From contig CP075495.1 in NCBI GenBank assembly GCA_021613535.1, forward strand, positions 13,082,001 through 13,146,000: 64,000 bases of DNA, written 5' to 3'. Made by a program: the position numbers and the translations under genes. Numbering within the stretch: the stretch's first letter is position 1; every line of letters begins with the position of its first letter. Below the pieces are notes generated by a model that did not search any database, was not told where the DNA came from, and worked only from the letters and a program-made list of their open reading frames with translations. Below are positions 58,460 through 64,000 of the stretch, in pieces. Source of the stretch: Adineta vaga. Taxonomy: Eukaryota > Animalia > Rotifera.

Positions 58460-60033
58460 ATGTCGGGTCGAACACCAAGTTTTATTGTTGTTGGTCTTGT
58501 GATCATAATGTTTCTTCTTGGCCTTTTTTACATGTCATGTTCATCGAAAAATACCGAACTACGTCTTTCGGTCGAACAATTTGAAGATCGAATTCGATCG
58601 GTATGTTTGTTATTTTGTTTACTTTGCAAATTTTTCGTTTTTTAGTTAACAATAAAAAATAGTGATGTACAAAAGAAAGTGGAAGATATTAGTTCTCGTA
58701 AACGTGAATTAGAAGAAGATAAAATGAATGTTCAAAAACAAATGGAGAAAAAAGATTCGGAAATCAATGATTTAAATACAAAATTAAATGAAAAAACTGT
58801 CGAACTTCAAAGTCTGAAATCGGATAAAAATGTAGTCGATGAACAATTGGTAAATATAGAAATAATATTGAATAGAAATGATCTGAAATGTGTCTTTATT
58901 GTCTTCTTAAATAGAAAGAATACAAATCAATTCGTGACACATTAACTGAAAAGAATACTTTAATTGAAAAATTACAATTACAATTACAAGATTTAAAACG
59001 TTTGCTTGATTTTCTTTTACTTTATTGAAATCAATTTTTGATTGTAATATTTAGAATCAGGAAATGATGAATTAACTCGATTGAAACAAGAATATGACGC
59101 ATTTAAAAGTAGTCGATCGTATGTCATTTTATTTGATTGATAATTCTATTCAATTTTACATAGTATAACTGTTTTTAGTTCACAAAATAATCCAATTCTT
59201 CCTAGTAATAATGAACAACAAAGTACCTTTCCAATTCCACCTGGACGTTTTCCACCGTTATTATCAAGAAATGAAACAACACGAAGTTTATCAGCATTAT
59301 TTGAAAATTCCTACAATAAATTGAATAATTTAACGAAAGAAGTTAAAGCAGAAATTGTACCTGCAGTTATAGATGTCAAAGATAAAGTTTTAAATGCCAT
59401 TGGTATTGATACAAATTCATCTACGACTGTTATCTCAAATGAACAACAGCAGGTTGTTAACAATGATAGATATAATCCAGAAGTTGGTCAAAATCTCCCA
59501 CCACCAACCACCACCACTCGCTCAAGCAGACAATAATGCTCAATTACTTGACAATCGTAATCGAGAGAGTAGGTTGATCAAAAACTAGATTCAAATTATA
59601 AATACATTCTTATTTAGATCAATTAGGCGCAGATAATCTACCATATGATCAACGTGTAAGATGAAATAAGATTTACTTTGATGAAATATTTTTTGTATTT
59701 TCATAGACACAACGTTCAGTAAATAATAAAAATGATGATAAGGAGAATGATGATGAAGCACAATTGGATGCTAATAAAGCACAAGAAAATTTTAAACCTC
59801 CTTCAAATTTACTTCAACAAAATGAACAAGAAATTAATAATAATAATAATGATGCATTACGAGCAAGAGTCATAAATAATAATAATAACAATAACAATAA
59901 CAACTATCGGATAGGTGATCGTGATCAACAGCGAGAAAATCGACATGAACAACGACTAGAAAATGGTGAAGAAATTGAAAATGACGATGAGAATGATGAG
60001 GCCAATCAAGACGTTCGAAAAAGAAATGTTTGA
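58460..60033 (+). CDS. GOLM1/GOLM2(CASC4)-like type II Golgi membrane coiled-coil protein
   Basis: GRTPSFIVVGLVIIMFLLGLFYMSCSSKNTELR (short cytosolic tail plus signal anchor), long coiled coil, acidic tail. Confidence 0.7.
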
Positions 60034-60559
60034 TAATCTGTTAATTTCCTATTTGCATATATTTATCATACGTTTTGTTTCTTTCTTGTTTTTTAATCAT
60101 TTCGTTTTTGAGTGTGAATGTCTGCTCTTAATATTGTTCTTGTTTGAATTGTTTTCTTGACTGATGGCCGGTATTTCTCTTTTTCTTTTCTTCTTGATAT
60201 GACACGAGGAATGTTTTGCGTCTGTTTTCTTCTACAATTCTATTCATCTATATTGAACAATTGTTTTAGTTTGATTAATTTTGTTTGTTTTTCTTTTTCA
60301 TGTAATTCAACTAATAAAATTCGCATATTTAAATATAACAAAAAAATATGACTATTCTTTACTAAAAGCTTTTCATATATTTTAGTTTTACATCAGGAAT
60401 TCAAAGATTATTTCTCCTTATTATCATTAAGATCAGTTGCTTGAGATAAACATATGTTAAAATTCTTGTTTGAACTACATTATAAAAAAACAACGGATGT
60501 CTAAATATTCTGATACATAAAAATAACTATCATTCTGTTTCGGGTATTAGTATTCTATG

Positions 60560-60990
60560 CTATCACCACAATCACCCAACTTTGTGAGAGCGCACGTTGG
60601 TGGTCCCCACTAACACCCACAACTCTGAGAGTTATGCACACAAACACCCACTATCACCCACTTTGTCTCACTTATAAAAAAGAAAAACACGGAATATATA
60701 TAGAAAAATGAAGGTCTTTAACACTATCACCCAAAATCTCGCTTGCGGTCAAGACAACCACTGTTGCGAGTCCCCACTAACACCCACAGAATGTGAAAAG
60801 CTATCTTTTGGTATAAAATAGTGGTATCCATAAAAGACTTTTATCCCTGAAATGTTCCCGAAAAACATGAAATATCGTGAAAAACTTGCATGTAAATATC
60901 TACTATCACCCAAAATCTCGCTTGCAGTCAAGACAACCACTGTTGCGAGTCCCCACTAACACCCACAGAATGCGGAAAGCTATCTTTTGA
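60560..60990. repeat. Subterminal direct repeats, probably of the adjacent DNA transposon
   Basis: ~88-bp near-identical copies at 60723-60810 and 60902-60989 (179-bp period), a partial copy near 60571-60620, and an iterated ACTA(T/A)CACCC motif. Confidence 0.8.
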
Positions 60991-61686
60991 TGTAAATATG
61001 AGATACCTCTGAATAGCTTTTATCTATTATTTTTTCCAAACACTATTTTCCAATGTAAAGAAAATATCTCAAATTAAGAAAATGCGCTCAAATTTTTGTA
61101 CTATCACGTTCGATTGTAAAAGTGTTCTACCAAACCAAGATTTGATCTTCTGGTGGTCCAATGATCTATAACTCAAGCTTTGATGAATACTACAAAAGCA
61201 TATGCTCATGTTGAGCATCATGGAAAAGTCTTTATCATAAGGATAACTGCAATATATATATATATATGATCTTATTGGAAATTGTATTTATATTTATACG
61301 ACTACTGCCATATTTATAAGCTATCTCATTCATAAAACATGCAACTATTTTCCATAGTGCATATTCTTTGATAATCCCAACTGTTGCTATTCACAGCTAA
61401 CCATTGAAGACAACTAAATATAACCACCACATACAATACTTATCAATCTAGGCAGACTTTCAACTACGATCATACATATCCATCTATTACGTTAATCTTT
61501 GATATAAATCAGTGATTTCTATTCTAAATTCCAAAAATTATTCAAGAGATTTTTTTTTTTGAAAGACACTAAAAATTCCCTTCTATTCATTATTCCGTTG
61601 TGGTAGTATAGTATATTTAACTATTACTGTTATAGATAATGCTTCGAACTTAGAATTGCTAATGAAAAGAAGGTAGCGGCATGTTC

Positions 61687-64000
61687 TTAAGGCTGTTCAT
61701 CAAAATCATTTCTTTTTTCTTGTTGTAGTACTTGATCCTCGAATATTTGGTCGACCCGGTTTTTTTCCTGCTTTTGGTGGTATGTTGAGCGTGCGCTGCG
61801 TTTTGGAAGCAGCAGGAACATAATTATAGTAGTTTTCAATGGTTTGGTTTCGATCTGCAACTGTTTTAGATGACCAGATTCGAGAATCGCAGACGAACCT
61901 AGGGAATAGCGATGATTATATACGCAAAGATCTGTAGATATTTACCGTAAATAAGGATTCACTAGTTCCAGTTCACCGGAGTCATACAAAGCTCTAGTGG
62001 ATTCATTTTTCTGAGAAATTATCAGATTGCCAATCATATCAATAATTTCAGACAACGATCGTAGCTCCCAATTTGTTTGGTTTTTAAAAACATGGTTCAT
62101 TGATTCAATATCATTATTATAAAAAAGTCGGGGAGCACCGCTTTTATCGAGAAAATTAATGGGCAGACGAACTGCAGCTATCAGATGATTCCGAAAAACA
62201 TTTGTTTGATATTGGTTGAACCATTGTAGGAAGTCGGTAGCACCATTAAATCGAGCTTGATCACGGCGCTGAAGATTTCGCCAATATTCATCTAATGCGT
62301 TTAATCTATCCTGGAATTCTTCTTCGGTCTCAGATTGTATCAAAGATTCAGACGAATTAAACATAAGATCAAGCATATCTTGCCGTTCCTCAAGGGTAAC
62401 ACGGGACTTTATTAATTGTCTTTCAATATTTTGGCGTACATGTCGTGTACAATAAAGGTGAGTTGAATTCGGAAAGATCGTATCGATTGCTTTTTTGACA
62501 GCTTTGGCTCCATCACTCCCAATCACAAGTTTACTACAATCACCCAGTTCCCGATTCACAAAACTTAAAAGTTCTTCAAATGATTCAGCATCATCACGAT
62601 AGTGAATCATTGTTGGACCAATAAAAATCGGTGTTTTCTTTGTTTTTCGATATTGAACAGCTGTATTCCGAAAAGCAATTGATGTCACATAAAATCGACC
62701 AAGATTAAAGGTCGTATCAACACCTGCTTGGAGTAAAAAATATTTAATTATTCAAAAGCTTAACAAAACTTACATAGAACGGATGGTTGGGCTTCTTCTG
62801 AAGAAACAATACAACATCGTTTCAATTCTTTAATCATATATGGTTGAGACAATATCAAGACTGGTGCTTCGCCTCGACTCATTGCAAAACGAGCAACCAT
62901 GCTATTAGATTTCTCCAAATTTCTCATAATTGTCAAGTATTCATCAACATTTGATTCATTGTTCTTGCGAGCGTTATATACTTGATTACGGTCCCGAACT
63001 GTCATTATTGATGGGTAAGGAAGTTGCTCAACATTTTTTATGGATTCATTATATATGGTTGATGGTTTCACAAATCGTGGCTGAGACTATTTAGAAGAGA
63101 AAAGTTCTGTATTGTCATCCATATTTATTTATTTTGAACTTACTTTGATCTGATTCAGAACGGAAGGTAAAGTAGCAGTATATGGACGATCTGATTTTTT
63201 TGCATTTCCATGTGGTTTCAAACGAACATTGTCCGTATTCTTTTGGTTTTCTTCGACATATTGTAAAAATATAGGAAGATTAGATTTGGTAGATTCATTT
63301 TTGCTCGGTAGTTGACTCGTATAAGCAATCATACGACGAAATGAGGAATTTGTAGCATTTACAGCATAATATCTATTTGTTAAAATTCGAAATATGGTTG
63401 TACCGCAAATGCAGAAATATTCTACCTACCGGTGCAATACAATAACTTGTTTTGGATCTATTGAACATGATACATATTTACTACCAACTCTTTCATTATA
63501 GTATGGTTTACCATTTGCATCCAGACGTATAATTTGATAGTTGTTTGTATCTCTTTCCATAAACATTGTTTTGACAGACCTAATTTGAATCCATACTCCA
63601 TTGCCGTCTTTTCCGATCGATAAATGGTTTTCTTCTGTTCGCTTTACAAAATACATAGATGTATGTCCAACCATCCGTGGTGGTTGTTCAAATTCCGTTC
63701 CATTTTTAACAGTATCAAGCATGTTCTTAATAATTGTAGATGCTTCAAGAAATATCTGCCTTGTAGCAAATTCAGAGAGGGAACTTTTCGGTTCATTGAT
63801 ATCTTCTTCCTCCTCTTCTGTTTGGATTGAATAAGTTATTTTCGATCTACTCGGGCGACAAGTGGTTTCCGATGAAATATCGGTATGTTCAAAATACGTT
63901 ATGTCTTTATTCACGCTCTCAAATCCATTATTAGTTTCGACTAAAGGCTTTGATTGATGAGTAAAGAGTACTGGTGTAAAGTGATTAGGACGCCACATTT
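61687..64000 (-). mobile_element. Large intron-containing MULE-like DDE transposase gene, running off the window at its 5' end
   Basis: VDTTFNLGRFYVT...PIFIGPTMIH; GSDGAKA...FP...HLYCTRH (CxxH); NNDIESMN; GKKPG. The upstream WRPNHFTPV resembles the end of a vertnin/OTU-like domain. The exons join via GT-AG introns. Confidence 0.8.

Noticed and set aside
60560-60990. CRISPR-like repeat-spacer appearance
   Set aside because: Only two long (~88 bp) copies plus a partial one, no cas genes, and a eukaryotic context beside a transposase.

Overview
AT-rich eukaryotic (animal) genomic DNA with densely packed genes and very short (~50-60 nt) GT-AG introns. The intron size, secreted LEA-like genes, a fungal-type gene and unpaired splice acceptors just before start codons together suggest a bdelloid rotifer; this is an inference, not a database match. 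Genes in order: NAB, ACLY, a dual-specificity phosphatase, a SelW/MIEN1-type selenoprotein missed by the ORF track (in-frame UGA, SECIS and CaaX), a Cys-rich secreted protein, a GPCR, PSMD9, HtrA2, ACAD9-like, SNRPA1, a fungal-type sulfate permease, a nested LTR/MITE relic, a Gla-propeptide-like secreted protein, tafazzin, ERp29, two signal-peptide LEA genes, clathrin heavy chain (hosting about 4 intronic snoRNAs), Derlin-2, ZEB/zfh1, a CABIT-like protein, SENP8, a GOLM-like protein and the 3' part of a large intron-containing MULE-like transposon. The most notable observations are: the prenylation-motif selenoprotein; an ER-targeted LEA-LEA-ERp29 cluster in which all three proteins end in xxDL; operon-like gene spacing; a defensin-like plus CBM19-like fusion; and the snoRNA cluster in clathrin introns. 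All gene models were spliced by eye, and no searches were run.
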